A DNA stretch of 64,000 bases. Origin: Candidatus Saccharibacteria bacterium 49-20 (GTDB lineage Bacteria > Patescibacteriota > Saccharimonadia > Saccharimonadales > Saccharimonadaceae). The DNA lies in assembly GCA_001897295.1 (NCBI GenBank), contig MKSN01000001.1, positions 672,141-736,140 on the forward strand. The letters run 5' to 3'. Of this stretch, positions 48,038 to 58,379 are shown in pieces; position 1 is the first letter of the stretch, and each line of letters begins with the position of its first letter. Under the pieces are notes generated by a model. The model saw only the letters and a list, made by a program, of their open reading frames with translations, was not told the DNA's origin and did not search any database. The position numbers and the translations under genes are program-made.

Positions 48038-49954
48038 CTATTGCTGGGGTGGAATCTGGAACTGTCCAGGGTCTGCAGGGCCTTGTTGCGGCTGCGTAGG
48101 TGCGGCTTGCACAGGAGGCAGCGCAGGCTCTGGTGCATAGGCACTATTTTCCGCAGGAACCGCATTGTTTGTGTAGTCAGGTGCAGGAGCTGGCTCTGGG
48201 GCTAAGATGTCACCCAAAATACCCGACTGTGGGGTTGGTGGCAGTGGAATACCAGGGGCCGGTGCACCTACCTGAGAAAAGTCAGGGATTGGTGGCGGCA
48301 AAGGAAGACCAAGATCTGCCGGAGATGCGTTCGCTGGTGGCTGAGGCGCTTCAGTATACGCAGACGTTGGCGCAGGCGCCGGTGCTGGTGTGGTGACAGG
48401 CTCTGGCATAATTTGCGATGAAAGTGGCTGAATCACGCGCTCAGAGCCAACCGCAATCGCCGGTGAACCAGGCGCTTGTCCGTAGTCAGATTCTTCTGGA
48501 GCGTACGCAGAGTGTACACCTTCGCTTAGTGATGCAGCGGCGCCAAAGTCGTTCACCCCGACTGATCCAGGTGCTGCAGAAGGCGTGCCCGGGAATCCAG
48601 CGTCGGTGTTACCCGCAGGAGCTGCCTCGGCACTTCCAAGGTATGAGTGTGATAAGATTGTTCGGTTTTGGTCGTTTTCCGCTTCACGACGCGCATCTTC
48701 AGCAGCTTGCTCTGCGGTTGCATTGAGCGTACCGCCAAGAATTGGCTCTACTCCGTCGTCATCGGCAGCATAGGCTGAACCGGCCGCCGGTGTTGACGGT
48801 GCAACTTCTTCGTAATTTACTGTGGGCTTTTCCGCTACTGCAGGCTCAATCGCAGGCAGTTGCGGTACTGGTTCTTCATCGGCAGCGTAGTTCGAGTGAA
48901 TTTGCGCCTCTTCATGACGAATCTCTTCCTCAGCTTCTTCGCGCGCTTCTTCTTGAGCGGCCTTTTCCTGTGCAACGGATACTTCTTCGATTACTTTTTC
49001 GCGCGCTTCTTCATCGCCAAGGATGCGGCGATCAAGTTCGGCGAGGGTTTCACCCTCGTGTGCGATATTCAATGACGACCCGTTATCGTGCTTTTTAATA
49101 GTCAACGAACCGTCGCCAGATTCCTTGTCGACTTCGACGTCTTCGCTCGGCGTCTCTTCGGGCTCTTCAGTAGGACCACCTTTAATTTCGTGCGAAGCCT
49201 GAAGTTCAGTTGCAATTAACTGCTGATCAGCACCCGCAGACATAAGCGTCGCGGCAACGGTCATCACCTTAGAAGTGGTGTGCTCGTTACTAAAGCGGTC
49301 GGTTTCGGCCACGATACCCGTAAGGAGCGCGGTTGCAATCTGCTCATCAAGGAGTGATTTTTTCTTGTCGTCTTTCAAGGCTTCCGCAAGGCCTGCAACC
49401 ATTTCACTCAGACTACTCGCGTTTGCGTCGCGCCAATCAATGCCACCAAGGTCACTCACCTGCTCGCCAGCACTCAAGGTAATAATTGCTGCGTCATGCA
49501 GAATCTGCCCGTGGTCTTCGAGGGCTTTATCGAGGTGTTTTTGGTCATCCACGCCAAGTGCAATCACAAGTTCGACGTTGTAGTCACCCTGACTGAATTC
49601 AAGGTCACTTTGGTCGATGGTGGTTTTGTACGGCGTAATGAAGATCTTTACTGAGTCGCCCTCTACTTTGTAGCGAAGGTGATCGGCCTTTTCTTTATTA
49701 AGGGCGATGATGAAATCGCGAAGGCTGTCAGTTGTGTCATCGAAGGTTTTCTCTGGCTCAAGGAAAGCAATCGCAGGAGGCGTTTCACCACTAAAAATAG
49801 AGGTGGCGTACTTTTCGTGCTTATCAAGAATCATCGTCAGCGCAAGGGCTGCCGAAAGGGCATCAACAGAAGGACTGTCAGATACAGTCACAAGAATTTT
49901 TGAAGATTCTTTAATCTTCTCGACTACCTGTTGTTTGGCTTTGATTTCATCCAT
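48038..49954 (-). CDS. Degenerate DHH (NrnA-like) domain plus long acidic/Pro-rich tail
   Basis: PSVDALSAALAL, ASSLSEMV, ATALLTGIVAETDRF; located just upstream of truB. Confidence 0.7.
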   Translation of the reverse strand: MDEIKAKQQVVEKIKESSKILVTVSDSPSVDALSAALALTMILDKHEKYATSIFSGETPPAIAFLEPEKTFDDTTDSLRDFIIALNKEKADHLRYKVEGDSVKIFITPYKTTIDQSDLEFSQGDYNVELVIALGVDDQKHLDKALEDHGQILHDAAIITLSAGEQVSDLGGIDWRDANASSLSEMVAGLAEALKDDKKKSLLDEQIATALLTGIVAETDRFSNEHTTSKVMTVAATLMSAGADQQLIATELQASHEIKGGPTEEPEETPSEDVEVDKESGDGSLTIKKHDNGSSLNIAHEGETLAELDRRILGDEEAREKVIEEVSVAQEKAAQEEAREEAEEEIRHEEAQIHSNYAADEEPVPQLPAIEPAVAEKPTVNYEEVAPSTPAAGSAYAADDDGVEPILGGTLNATAEQAAEDARREAENDQNRTILSHSYLGSAEAAPAGNTDAGFPGTPSAAPGSVGVNDFGAAASLSEGVHSAYAPEESDYGQAPGSPAIAVGSERVIQPLSSQIMPEPVTTPAPAPAPTSAYTEAPQPPANASPADLGLPLPPPIPDFSQVGAPAPGIPLPPTPQSGILGDILAPEPAPAPDYTNNAVPAENSAYAPEPALPPVQAAPTQPQQGPADPGQFQIPPQQ

Positions 49955-50126
49955 GGTGTGTTTCTTTTTGCCTTCGGTCCATTTGTTTTAGATAGACGCG
50001 TTTGCCTCACTATAGCATAAGGGTTTTTAAAGCGTCAACAAATATACCCCCACTCTTTACTTTTCGTGCATTTTCCTCTATAATCACCCCTTGATTGACA
50101 TAACAAATCTAAGGTAAAGGAACTTC

Positions 50127-50489
50127 ATGCCAATTATCAAATCCGCTATCAAGCGAGCAAAACAAACTGTCGTACGTCGCGAACGCAACGTGGCAACTAA
50201 GCGTGCCCTCAAGGACGCCGTAAAGGCTTTCAACGCAGCACCTTCTGCTGCTACCCTTTCTGCTGCACAAAGCGCAATCGACACTGCAGTAAAGAAGAAC
50301 GTACTTAACAAGAACACTGCTTCACGTCGCAAGGCACTTCTTGCAAAGAACGCAAAAGCTGCAGGCGTAAAGCCAGCCGCTACCAAGAAGGCTGCTCCTA
50401 AGGCCACTGCAAAGCCAGCAACTAAGACTGCTGCTGCAAAACCTGCTGCAAAGAAGGCTCCTGCGAAGAAGCCAGCTGCAAAGAAGTAA
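50127..50489 (+). CDS. rpsT: 30S ribosomal protein S20 with Lys/Ala/Pro tail
   Basis: MPIIKSAIKR, IDTAVKKNVL.KN.ASRRK; promoter TTTACT-17 nt-TATAAT at 50056-50084. Confidence 0.95.
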   Translation: MPIIKSAIKRAKQTVVRRERNVATKRALKDAVKAFNAAPSAATLSAAQSAIDTAVKKNVLNKNTASRRKALLAKNAKAAGVKPAATKKAAPKATAKPATKTAAAKPAAKKAPAKKPAAKK

Positions 50490-50506
50490 GTTTACCGCTC
50501 TCTTAC

Positions 50507-50537
50507 AAAAATACCTCCATCTCGGAGGTATTTTTTA
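50507..50537. terminator. Bidirectional terminator rpsT/holA
   Basis: aaaaatacctccatctcggaggtattttt. Confidence 0.8.
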
Positions 50538-51437
50538 TTGTGCAGTTTCCAGTAAGGTTCGTTCGATAAGAAGCCACGGCTCGGCTTTTGAGCGCTTCAT
50601 ATCAGCGTCAGTCTTCGCAAACAGCTCTACAATATACCCAACCTTCGCCTTACCTAGCCGTTTGCCGTGACGAGTAAGTTTTGAAGCAACGAACGGGTGT
50701 ACGCCGAAGTCTTTGGCTGGGTTGGCGGTGTCATCGCCAAAAGTAACCGCCGCAAGCGTAAGGGCTTGTGAGGTTAAAAGTGCAAACAAGGCATACGGAT
50801 CCTCTTGGAGTGAAAGTGTGTCGAGCATCTTCGCAACCTGCTGAGTCCTGCCCTCAAGTGCCGTTTCAAACAATTGAAAAATGTTTTCAGTTGGGTTTGG
50901 TGGTACGATGTCGTTAATCGCCTGCTCATCTACGGTATCGAGTAGCCCCAGCGTTGTAACAGCGTGCGCCAACTGCCATTGGTCGAGCCCTACGCGCTGC
51001 ACAAGATGTGCTGCGAGCCTTTTGTCGAGCTTCAGCCCTTCAGCTTGCGCACGAGCGCTCACCCACTGCTCTGCTTTCGCGTAGTCGCGCTCGCCCCACA
51101 CGGGGAACTCTTGCAGATCCGCAGCGGCTTTCAGTGCTTTATAGCTTGTGGTGCGCTTATCGGGCTTCGTATCAATGAAGGCGACGTGGATATCGTCATT
51201 CACGCGCGGAAGCCATTCGGGGAGTTTCTCCCACAAGGTACTATTCGTTGAAATGTCTTGAATAATAACCAAGCGCTCGGTAGCAAAAAGGCTCACACCC
51301 ATCAGGACATCCGGCAATTGAGAAAGACTGAGGTCGGCCCCGTCAAAGCGCTCTGGTGTGCCCGAAAAAGACGCCTCGAGCGACTTCACTGCTTCGCGAA
51401 TCTCGAAGCTGTTTTCTCCAACAAGCCAGGTAATCAT
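50535..51437 (-). CDS. holA: DNA polymerase III delta subunit
   Basis: L.GE..F, SLF..ERLV, DKR, IFQL, GVHPF, D..MK; convergent with rpsT as commonly seen. Confidence 0.88.
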   Translation of the reverse strand: MITWLVGENSFEIREAVKSLEASFSGTPERFDGADLSLSQLPDVLMGVSLFATERLVIIQDISTNSTLWEKLPEWLPRVNDDIHVAFIDTKPDKRTTSYKALKAAADLQEFPVWGERDYAKAEQWVSARAQAEGLKLDKRLAAHLVQRVGLDQWQLAHAVTTLGLLDTVDEQAINDIVPPNPTENIFQLFETALEGRTQQVAKMLDTLSLQEDPYALFALLTSQALTLAAVTFGDDTANPAKDFGVHPFVASKLTRHGKRLGKAKVGYIVELFAKTDADMKRSKAEPWLLIERTLLETAQ

Positions 51438-51455
51438 ATCTTCAGTATACCAGTG

Positions 51456-52322
51456 TTACACCTGCTGGCAGAATGGGCAAATATGCGTCCCTCGCCCCGC
51501 GACGCGCAGCTTTTCGATTGTCGTTCCACACCGTGGACACACTAAGCCTTCACGCCTAAACACGCGGGCGAAATCCATGTAACTTCCCTTCTTGCCTTCC
51601 GCGTTCACGTAGGTATGGTTCGATGAGCCACCCTTTTCTACGGCCAGGTTCATGACCGCGCGCATTTCATGAAACAGTAATTCAAATTCTTGTTCAGTAA
51701 TCGTATTTACCAAACGCTTTGGGTGGATTTTTGCACCCCAAAGCGATTCGTCCGCATAGATATTACCGATGCCCGCTACCACCGACTGATCGAGAAGTGC
51801 GGCTTTAATGTTAGTACGGCCGCGGCGCGCAAATCGTTGCATAAATTCTTTGGCTGTAAAATTTTCACTCAGTGGCTCAGGGCCCACCTTCTGCATAAAA
51901 TCAATGTTCGGAATTTCAATAGTGGGCATTAATCGCATCCAGCCAAACTTGCGCTGGTCGTTAAAGAAAAGCTTCGCGCCATCTGTAAATGTGAGTGTCA
52001 CGCGCGTTGATTTGTCGGGAAGGTCATTCACCAAGCTATCATTCGGATGCCCCGCCCCAAAACGCGTCTCACCCACAAACACAAGCTGCCCTGTCATTTT
52101 CAGGTGAATAATTAATGAGTACTCAGTCGATAGATCAATCATTAGTACCTTTGCGCGGCGACGAACATCCGTAATAGTTGCGCCCAACAAAAAGCGACTC
52201 ACGTCATCGAGGGTATTTGGAAATCCCTTTGCAGTATCGTGTGCTTCGGCCTTCACCACCTTGCCGATAATGAGCTCCGAAAGCCCCCGACGTACTGTCT
52301 CGACTTCGGGTAGTTCTGGCAT
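51456..52322 (-). CDS. mutM: Formamidopyrimidine-DNA glycosylase
   Basis: MPELPEVET, HLKMTG, GIGNIYADE, CPRC/CPFCQ zinc finger. Confidence 0.97.
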   Translation of the reverse strand: MPELPEVETVRRGLSELIIGKVVKAEAHDTAKGFPNTLDDVSRFLLGATITDVRRRAKVLMIDLSTEYSLIIHLKMTGQLVFVGETRFGAGHPNDSLVNDLPDKSTRVTLTFTDGAKLFFNDQRKFGWMRLMPTIEIPNIDFMQKVGPEPLSENFTAKEFMQRFARRGRTNIKAALLDQSVVAGIGNIYADESLWGAKIHPKRLVNTITEQEFELLFHEMRAVMNLAVEKGGSSNHTYVNAEGKKGSYMDFARVFRREGLVCPRCGTTIEKLRVAGRGTHICPFCQQV

Positions 52323-52326
52323 AGGA

Positions 52327-52929
52327 TTAAATCTTTAGGTTTGCTTCAATATTTGAGCCGTCAGGAATCTGGCTAAGGAAAAGTCGAGAAAGCTGTGTTG
52401 AGCTAGCTTTGAGTGACCCAGGAGAACCACTACAGGTTGAAGTCCAAAGCATCGTCTGGTCTTCGCCGCCGCTCATAGTGCGGTATTCGTATACCTTACC
52501 CGTCGCACAAACGCCAAGGACGTTATTCTTGTCACCGGTGAACGGTGTGCCCGCAACCATGTTTGCCTTATTAAGGGCGTGGACGAATTGGTCGTATGCG
52601 GCGGTATTGTTCGAGAGTACTTGTTGGTCAGTAATCACATCAAGGTAGCCGGTGTAGGCGGTAAATTTACGCTCGGTTGGAGAGATGATTACTTGGTAAG
52701 AACGGAAGTCTTCATCGGCCACAATGGGACCACGCACCGTCATACTGACTGCACGGCCGTCATCGGTGTTGAGAAGCCCCTGCTGTTGAGCCTGAAACTC
52801 CGTAACCGCAGTTGAAGAAGATCCCGTGAAAAGAAGGCGCGCCAAAGCAACGAGCCCGGCAATCGCAATAACGATCACAATAATGGTCAAAACAGTTGGA
52901 AGAATGCGTGATGTTCGATAATTAGCCAT
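52327..52929 (-). CDS. Hypothetical membrane-anchored protein
   Basis: N-terminal TM, Cys pair in ectodomain. Confidence 0.75.
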   Translation of the reverse strand: MANYRTSRILPTVLTIIVIVIAIAGLVALARLLFTGSSSTAVTEFQAQQQGLLNTDDGRAVSMTVRGPIVADEDFRSYQVIISPTERKFTAYTGYLDVITDQQVLSNNTAAYDQFVHALNKANMVAGTPFTGDKNNVLGVCATGKVYEYRTMSGGEDQTMLWTSTCSGSPGSLKASSTQLSRLFLSQIPDGSNIEANLKI

Positions 52930-52960
52930 GCCCCTACCTTAGTCCCTTTTTCTACCCCTG

Positions 52961-53554
52961 TCAACCTCTGTTAAGAAGTGCGTCGAGCTCGGCGGTTGCT
53001 TGCTGGTTAGTTTGGAACTGAATCGCCTGCATACCCGTTGCCTTTGCGCCTTCACAAAACTCGATAATATCGTCAATCATGACGCACTCCGTAGGACTTA
53101 CACCAAGGCGTGTGGCGGCAATTTCATAAATCTCTGGCTGGGGCTTTACATACCCCTCGTCACCCGAGGCGACAACCGTATCAAAATGGCTTTCAAGCTC
53201 GCCGTTCACAAAACGAATACTGAGCCGTTCGCGGCTGCTAATATTACTGAGCAACGCAACTTTGTAGTCTTTTTTGAGTTCAGCGATGTATTCAAGAAGC
53301 TGGCGATTCGGCACCTCTACCTGGTTTTGTTCCGCCAAAAACTCATCGGTATCCATACCAAAGAGTGCACTAATGTGCTCGGCTGTTTCTTCGCGGCTCA
53401 AGATTCCCATATCGGATGCATGGTTAATCGCACGAATCTCTTTCGCCCGCTCCGGGTCTTCGCGCTCAACTTCCATCAAATGCGTCTTGTACGCGTTTCC
53501 AAGTAATACTCCAAAGCAATCAAAAATTACCGCTTTAATCATTGGTTTCTCCAT
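52961..53554 (-). CDS. HAD-superfamily phosphatase
   Basis: FDCFGVL, LSN, KPQPEIY, IDD motifs. Confidence 0.92.
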   Translation of the reverse strand: MEKPMIKAVIFDCFGVLLGNAYKTHLMEVEREDPERAKEIRAINHASDMGILSREETAEHISALFGMDTDEFLAEQNQVEVPNRQLLEYIAELKKDYKVALLSNISSRERLSIRFVNGELESHFDTVVASGDEGYVKPQPEIYEIAATRLGVSPTECVMIDDIIEFCEGAKATGMQAIQFQTNQQATAELDALLNRG

Positions 53555-56080
53555 TTATAATTCACCCCAGGTATCGCCGATATGCACGTCGACTTTCAAA
53601 GCAATATCGAGTTCAGGTGCGATATTCTCCATGACATTTTGAAGAATTTCTGCGACCTTTTCGCCGTTCTCTTTTGGACACTCCACCAAGATTGAGTCAT
53701 GAATTTGCAGGATTTGCTCGCCTAGGTCACCGAGCTCTTCGTCAACCTTCAGCATGGCACGCTTCATAAGATCGGCTTCCGTACCCTGAATTGGCATATT
53801 AGCCGCAGCGCGCTCGGCACCCATGCGCACCATGAAGTTTGAACTCTTCACGTCTGGTGTTGGACGGCGGCGGCCATAATACGTTTCAACGTAACCTTCC
53901 ACGCGCGCCTTCTCGAGGGTGCTATCAATAAACTTTCGAATCGGTGCGCGAAGTTCGAAATACTGGTCGATAAAGTCTTTTGCCTGTGTAAATGACATAC
54001 CCGTGTTCGCCGCCAGACCGTGCGGACTCATGCCGTACAAGACGCCGAAGTTAATCACCTTTGCATCGCGCCGCTGGCTCTTCGTCACGTCATCCATCGG
54101 AATGCCGTAGACTTCACTGGCAGTTTTAGTGTGAATGTCGACGTTACCGTTAAAGTCGTTAATGAGTTTATCGTCACCAGCTAAAATGGCAGCGAGGCGC
54201 AACTCGAACTGTGAATAGTCCGCGCTTACAAGCACCTTGTCGCCGTCGGTAATAAAGGCTTCGCGAATGCGCCTTCCCTGCTCGGTGCGAATTGGAATAT
54301 TTTGCAGGTTAGGGTTGGTGCTGCTTAAACGGCCTGTTGCGGCGACATCTTGGTTAAAAGTCGTGTGAATACGATCCCACGAATCAGCAAGCTTTGGCAG
54401 TGAGTCGACATACGTGTTTTTGAGCTTCGCGAGCTCACGCGTCTTTTCGATGAGTTCAATAATTGGGTGTTGACCGCGTAGCTTATCAAGCTCAGCCTGG
54501 CCAGTACTGTAGCCCGTTTTGCCTTTTTTAATACCCGTGGTTGGAAGTTGCAACTTGGTAAATAACACCTCTGAAAGCTGCGCAGGACTCCCAATGTTAA
54601 ACTCGTAGCCTGCCATTGTATACATTTCTTGTTCAAGCTTTGCATGCTCGTCACCGAGTTCTTTACTGAGTTTTTCAAACTGGGCAGGATCGATCTTGAC
54701 GCCACGACGCTCGATAAGAAATAGCGTGTATGTGAGCGGAAAGTCGTAGTGATACGCGATGTCCGCTACCTTTGGCTCGTCTTCAAATACACGTTTTTGA
54801 CGGGCATATTCCGCACGAAGACCCGAAAGTATTTCCAGAGGATTTGTCGTGTCACTCCCCACTAAAGCCGCGACCGAGCGGTCACGTGCAAGCGGGTCAA
54901 TAAGAAACGCGCCTTGGCGTAAATCATGAACTTCCGGGAAGTGCACCGAGATATCTCGTGCGTCGAGTGCGTGGTACAGCGCCTTGACGTCGTAACTCAC
55001 TACGGTGCCCATTTCAAGCACACGCCACAGTGAGCTATCAATATCCGCAACCGGTTTTTGGTGTGCGGTTTTTCCGTCCGTAGAAACCCAAATTGTATCG
55101 TCAATCAGTTCAATCGAGATAGGGCCGTCGATAAGAAGTGGGCTTGGCCACTCGATCTCAGTAAGCGCGGCGACTTCAGGCTTCACCTCTTCAACCACTC
55201 CCCCGCCGGCCATCATGTGCTTTGGAAGGCGCTTTTCAAGTGAGGTAAACTGAAGACGCTTCAATATTGCCGCAACCTTGTTGAGGTCGGTATCGTTCAC
55301 ATCAGCGACGTCCCAGTCGAGCTTCACCGGCGCATCACACCAAATCTTACCGACTTCTTTCGTCATATACGCAAGGTCCTTACCGGCTTCAAGCTTCTTA
55401 GCGGTAGAAGGCTTAATGTCGGCAAGATGTTCATACACGCCATCGAGCGTCTGGAAATCTTGGAGTAGCTGGATGGCGGTCTTCTCGCCAATTCCCGGCA
55501 CGCCAGGTAAATTATCCGACGAGTCGCCCTTCAGTGACTTGAGGTCGAGGAACTGCTCTACGTCGATTCCATACTTTGCTTCAAACGCAGACACGTCAAA
55601 CTCTTCAAGATTTGAAAGCCCGTTTTTAATCGCAATCACCTTGGTGGTGGGGCTGATAAGTTGCAGTGCATCGAGGTCGCTGGTTAAAAGGTACGTCTCA
55701 ATTCCCTTTTCAGTTGCCTGTTCGGCAAACGCGCCAAGAATGTCGTCGGCTTCATAGTCGTCGAGTTCATAAAATGGCCAACCAAATGCATCGAGGAGCT
55801 CGTGCAAAATTGGTACCTGTGCGTAAAAGTCAGCCGGAGCAGGTTTGCGCCCCGCTTTGTACTCTGGGTAGATTTCACGGCGTTTGCGAATATTCGTTTT
55901 CGGTTTATCCCATGCAACTGCCACGTAATCTGGTTCAAGCTTCTTTATGAGCTCGATCGCAATCGATGCAAAGCCAAAGACACCGCCCGTTGGGGTGCCG
56001 TCTGGCAAAGAGAGTCCTGGCATTGCGTAATACCCGCGATAAAATACTGATTTTCCGTCGATGACCGCCAGTTTCTTCAT
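53555..56080 (-). CDS. polA: DNA polymerase I
   Basis: 5'-3' exonuclease (EADD, GDSSDNLPGV) and family A polymerase (TGRLSS..PNLQNIP, DYSQ.ELR, NFGVLYG, QIHD). Confidence 0.97.
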   Translation of the reverse strand: MKKLAVIDGKSVFYRGYYAMPGLSLPDGTPTGGVFGFASIAIELIKKLEPDYVAVAWDKPKTNIRKRREIYPEYKAGRKPAPADFYAQVPILHELLDAFGWPFYELDDYEADDILGAFAEQATEKGIETYLLTSDLDALQLISPTTKVIAIKNGLSNLEEFDVSAFEAKYGIDVEQFLDLKSLKGDSSDNLPGVPGIGEKTAIQLLQDFQTLDGVYEHLADIKPSTAKKLEAGKDLAYMTKEVGKIWCDAPVKLDWDVADVNDTDLNKVAAILKRLQFTSLEKRLPKHMMAGGGVVEEVKPEVAALTEIEWPSPLLIDGPISIELIDDTIWVSTDGKTAHQKPVADIDSSLWRVLEMGTVVSYDVKALYHALDARDISVHFPEVHDLRQGAFLIDPLARDRSVAALVGSDTTNPLEILSGLRAEYARQKRVFEDEPKVADIAYHYDFPLTYTLFLIERRGVKIDPAQFEKLSKELGDEHAKLEQEMYTMAGYEFNIGSPAQLSEVLFTKLQLPTTGIKKGKTGYSTGQAELDKLRGQHPIIELIEKTRELAKLKNTYVDSLPKLADSWDRIHTTFNQDVAATGRLSSTNPNLQNIPIRTEQGRRIREAFITDGDKVLVSADYSQFELRLAAILAGDDKLINDFNGNVDIHTKTASEVYGIPMDDVTKSQRRDAKVINFGVLYGMSPHGLAANTGMSFTQAKDFIDQYFELRAPIRKFIDSTLEKARVEGYVETYYGRRRPTPDVKSSNFMVRMGAERAAANMPIQGTEADLMKRAMLKVDEELGDLGEQILQIHDSILVECPKENGEKVAEILQNVMENIAPELDIALKVDVHIGDTWGEL

Positions 56081-56117
56081 AGCTTAAGTATAGCAGTTTT
56101 CTTGAGGTAGCTCGAGT

Positions 56118-57710
56118 TTATGCCACTCGCTCTTTATCTTCGCGTTCAAGGTGTACGTAAAGACCCGCCACAACGCGGCGTTCATGCAGCGCCATCTCTT
56201 CTGCCGTCAGCGCAGCGGTAACTCGCGCAACACCCGCGTGACCGGTTGCGAGGAAGCGCTGCATCGACTTATCAATCTCAACCCAACCGGTTGGCTTGCC
56301 CCGCTCCATCACCATTTGGCGCACCTTACTAAAGGCTGCGCGAGATTCTTTTGGCACATCCATACCCTGGCCTGGTGTTTTTCCTGAAATGACGCTTTCA
56401 ATAATGACCGCCGCAGTTGCTTCGTCAAAACGCTCCGCAAGAAGCCCCTGCACCTCAGTGCGAATAGCTTCAAACGACTCGTTGTCGTACGCTTGGGGCT
56501 CAAGAGCAGCGCTCACCGCGTCAGATTTACGAAGACGCGCTAATTCGGCGTTTGGACCCTTTGTAAGGAGCTTGCTCAGACCGCTAAATACCGCCGCATC
56601 CACGCGAAGCGCCTGATCGGGAGTTCGCACGGTTTTACGAAGGTCTTTGAGTGGGATTGGTTCACGATTTTTAGGCGTCCCGTTTTCGATAAACACGCCA
56701 AATGAATGACGCACCCAACGAAGTTCTTCTGGGTCAAGCTTGTAGGTAGGGTCGTCCAGGTACGGGCGAAGGTAGTTTGCTGTCGCTTCTACCGCAGCCT
56801 GCTTTGCGGCCGTCATGTCACCGGTCGATTTTGGGTCGAGGAAACTTGCGAGGCCAACGCGTGCGGTGCCATCGAGGCCAATACGGTCTTGAAGAAGCTG
56901 CGCAAGATGGGTGTGCGGGGGAAGATCGGAGACTACTTCCTTGCTACGAGATGGAATTGGAGTTGGCTTTGGCGCCACCGGGCGCGCACGCTCAATTGGT
57001 GTTGGTGCGGCAACCGGAGCTTCGGTATGCACTGCAACCGCGTGACTTTCTTCTGTAGGCGCGGCATCAGAACCATTCACCCTCTTCTTAAGATTTGATT
57101 CGAACATAGAGATTGCACCACCAGTCACGCCAAAGTGTGCGGCAATTTCTTTAGTTGCAACACCCCGAAGGCGGAGTGTGATTTGCTCGATAAATCGGTC
57201 GGTATTCTTGGCTGAGCGTGGTGGGTTCGCGGCAATAATTTTCGCCGCAATCGCCGCTTCATCATCAGTCTCGTTGGCTGAAATATCCTCACGCCAGTTC
57301 TCACCAAGCTTGTTCGCAAGCCATGACTCAGCGAATGGACTGAGTGTTACCACCGGAGCAAGCTCAACGCTCACAACAGGCTCAGACTCGACCACCGCCA
57401 GCTCAGCTTCAGGTGCAACCTCGTCCGCCTCAACCGCATGAAGTGTCGGTTCGGCTACCACCGCATCAGCAGGAGCCGCTACGGCGTCGTCGTCGCCCAC
57501 ACCAATCCCCTGGAGCAATCGCGTCACTTGGCTGGCCTTTTTACCAATCTTACTCGCGAGTCGTGGATCGGTTTCGCGAAGCTTATCAAGTGCCGCTTCC
57601 GCGCTCGCAAGAAGTGTCGCAAGTTCAGCAAGATGACCTACCGCAACTGTGCGTTTTGTCTCATTAAATTGCTCAATAGTCCGCTGCTCGGTTTCGGTCA
57701 ATAACCCCAT
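56118..57710 (-). CDS. Hypothetical protein with putative internal HTH
   Basis: LRLRGVATKEIAAHFGVTGGAISMFE resembles a sigma4/LuxR-type HTH; start chosen after purine-rich SD. Confidence 0.7.
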   Translation of the reverse strand: MGLLTETEQRTIEQFNETKRTVAVGHLAELATLLASAEAALDKLRETDPRLASKIGKKASQVTRLLQGIGVGDDDAVAAPADAVVAEPTLHAVEADEVAPEAELAVVESEPVVSVELAPVVTLSPFAESWLANKLGENWREDISANETDDEAAIAAKIIAANPPRSAKNTDRFIEQITLRLRGVATKEIAAHFGVTGGAISMFESNLKKRVNGSDAAPTEESHAVAVHTEAPVAAPTPIERARPVAPKPTPIPSRSKEVVSDLPPHTHLAQLLQDRIGLDGTARVGLASFLDPKSTGDMTAAKQAAVEATANYLRPYLDDPTYKLDPEELRWVRHSFGVFIENGTPKNREPIPLKDLRKTVRTPDQALRVDAAVFSGLSKLLTKGPNAELARLRKSDAVSAALEPQAYDNESFEAIRTEVQGLLAERFDEATAAVIIESVISGKTPGQGMDVPKESRAAFSKVRQMVMERGKPTGWVEIDKSMQRFLATGHAGVARVTAALTAEEMALHERRVVAGLYVHLEREDKERVA

Positions 57711-57803
57711 CAAATCCCCTTCGCCTCTCGTTGTTTTCATCATAATACGCTGGTCAAGCGAGGCCGACAAGCGTAAGGAGTATCAATCTGTTACAATGAC
57801 CCT

Positions 57804-58379
57804 ATGACACATCCACACGACAACCTCAAAATTCTTGCCTTTGTTGGGCTTCCTGGCGCGGGAAAATCTACCGCCGTCGACTACTTTACCGAAAAAGGCT
57901 ACCCTAAAGTCTACTTTGGTGGCATCGTCTTTGAAGCAATGAAAGAAGAGGGTATCGAGATCACTCCTGAAAGTGAAAAAGCTTTCCGCACACGCTTCCG
58001 CGAAGAGCACGGTAAAGATGTGGTAGTAAACCGCATCGTGGATCAAATCAAACATCTTGCAGACGCAGGCCAGCATCGCGTCATCGCCGACGGCCTCTAC
58101 ACCTGGACTGAGTATAAGGTCCTCAAGAAGGCCTTTCCGGGTGAGCTTATTCTTGCGGCAGTCGTTGCACCGCGCCACCTTCGCTATCACCGCCTCGAAA
58201 ATCGTCCAGTTCGCCCATTCACCGCAAGCGAATCATACGACCGTGACATGCACGAAATCGAAAACCTTGAAAAAGGTGGTCCGATTGCAATTGCCGATCA
58301 CTACCTCGTAAACGATGGGTCGGTTGAGGCGTTCGACAAGAAACTCGACGCACTCGCTGAAGAAGTACACTTTAGTTAA
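57804..58379 (+). CDS. P-loop kinase, dephospho-CoA kinase-like
   Basis: GLPGAGKST Walker A, ADG, R..RL..R lid, DH...NDGS. Confidence 0.75.
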   Translation: MTHPHDNLKILAFVGLPGAGKSTAVDYFTEKGYPKVYFGGIVFEAMKEEGIEITPESEKAFRTRFREEHGKDVVVNRIVDQIKHLADAGQHRVIADGLYTWTEYKVLKKAFPGELILAAVVAPRHLRYHRLENRPVRPFTASESYDRDMHEIENLEKGGPIAIADHYLVNDGSVEAFDKKLDALAEEVHFS

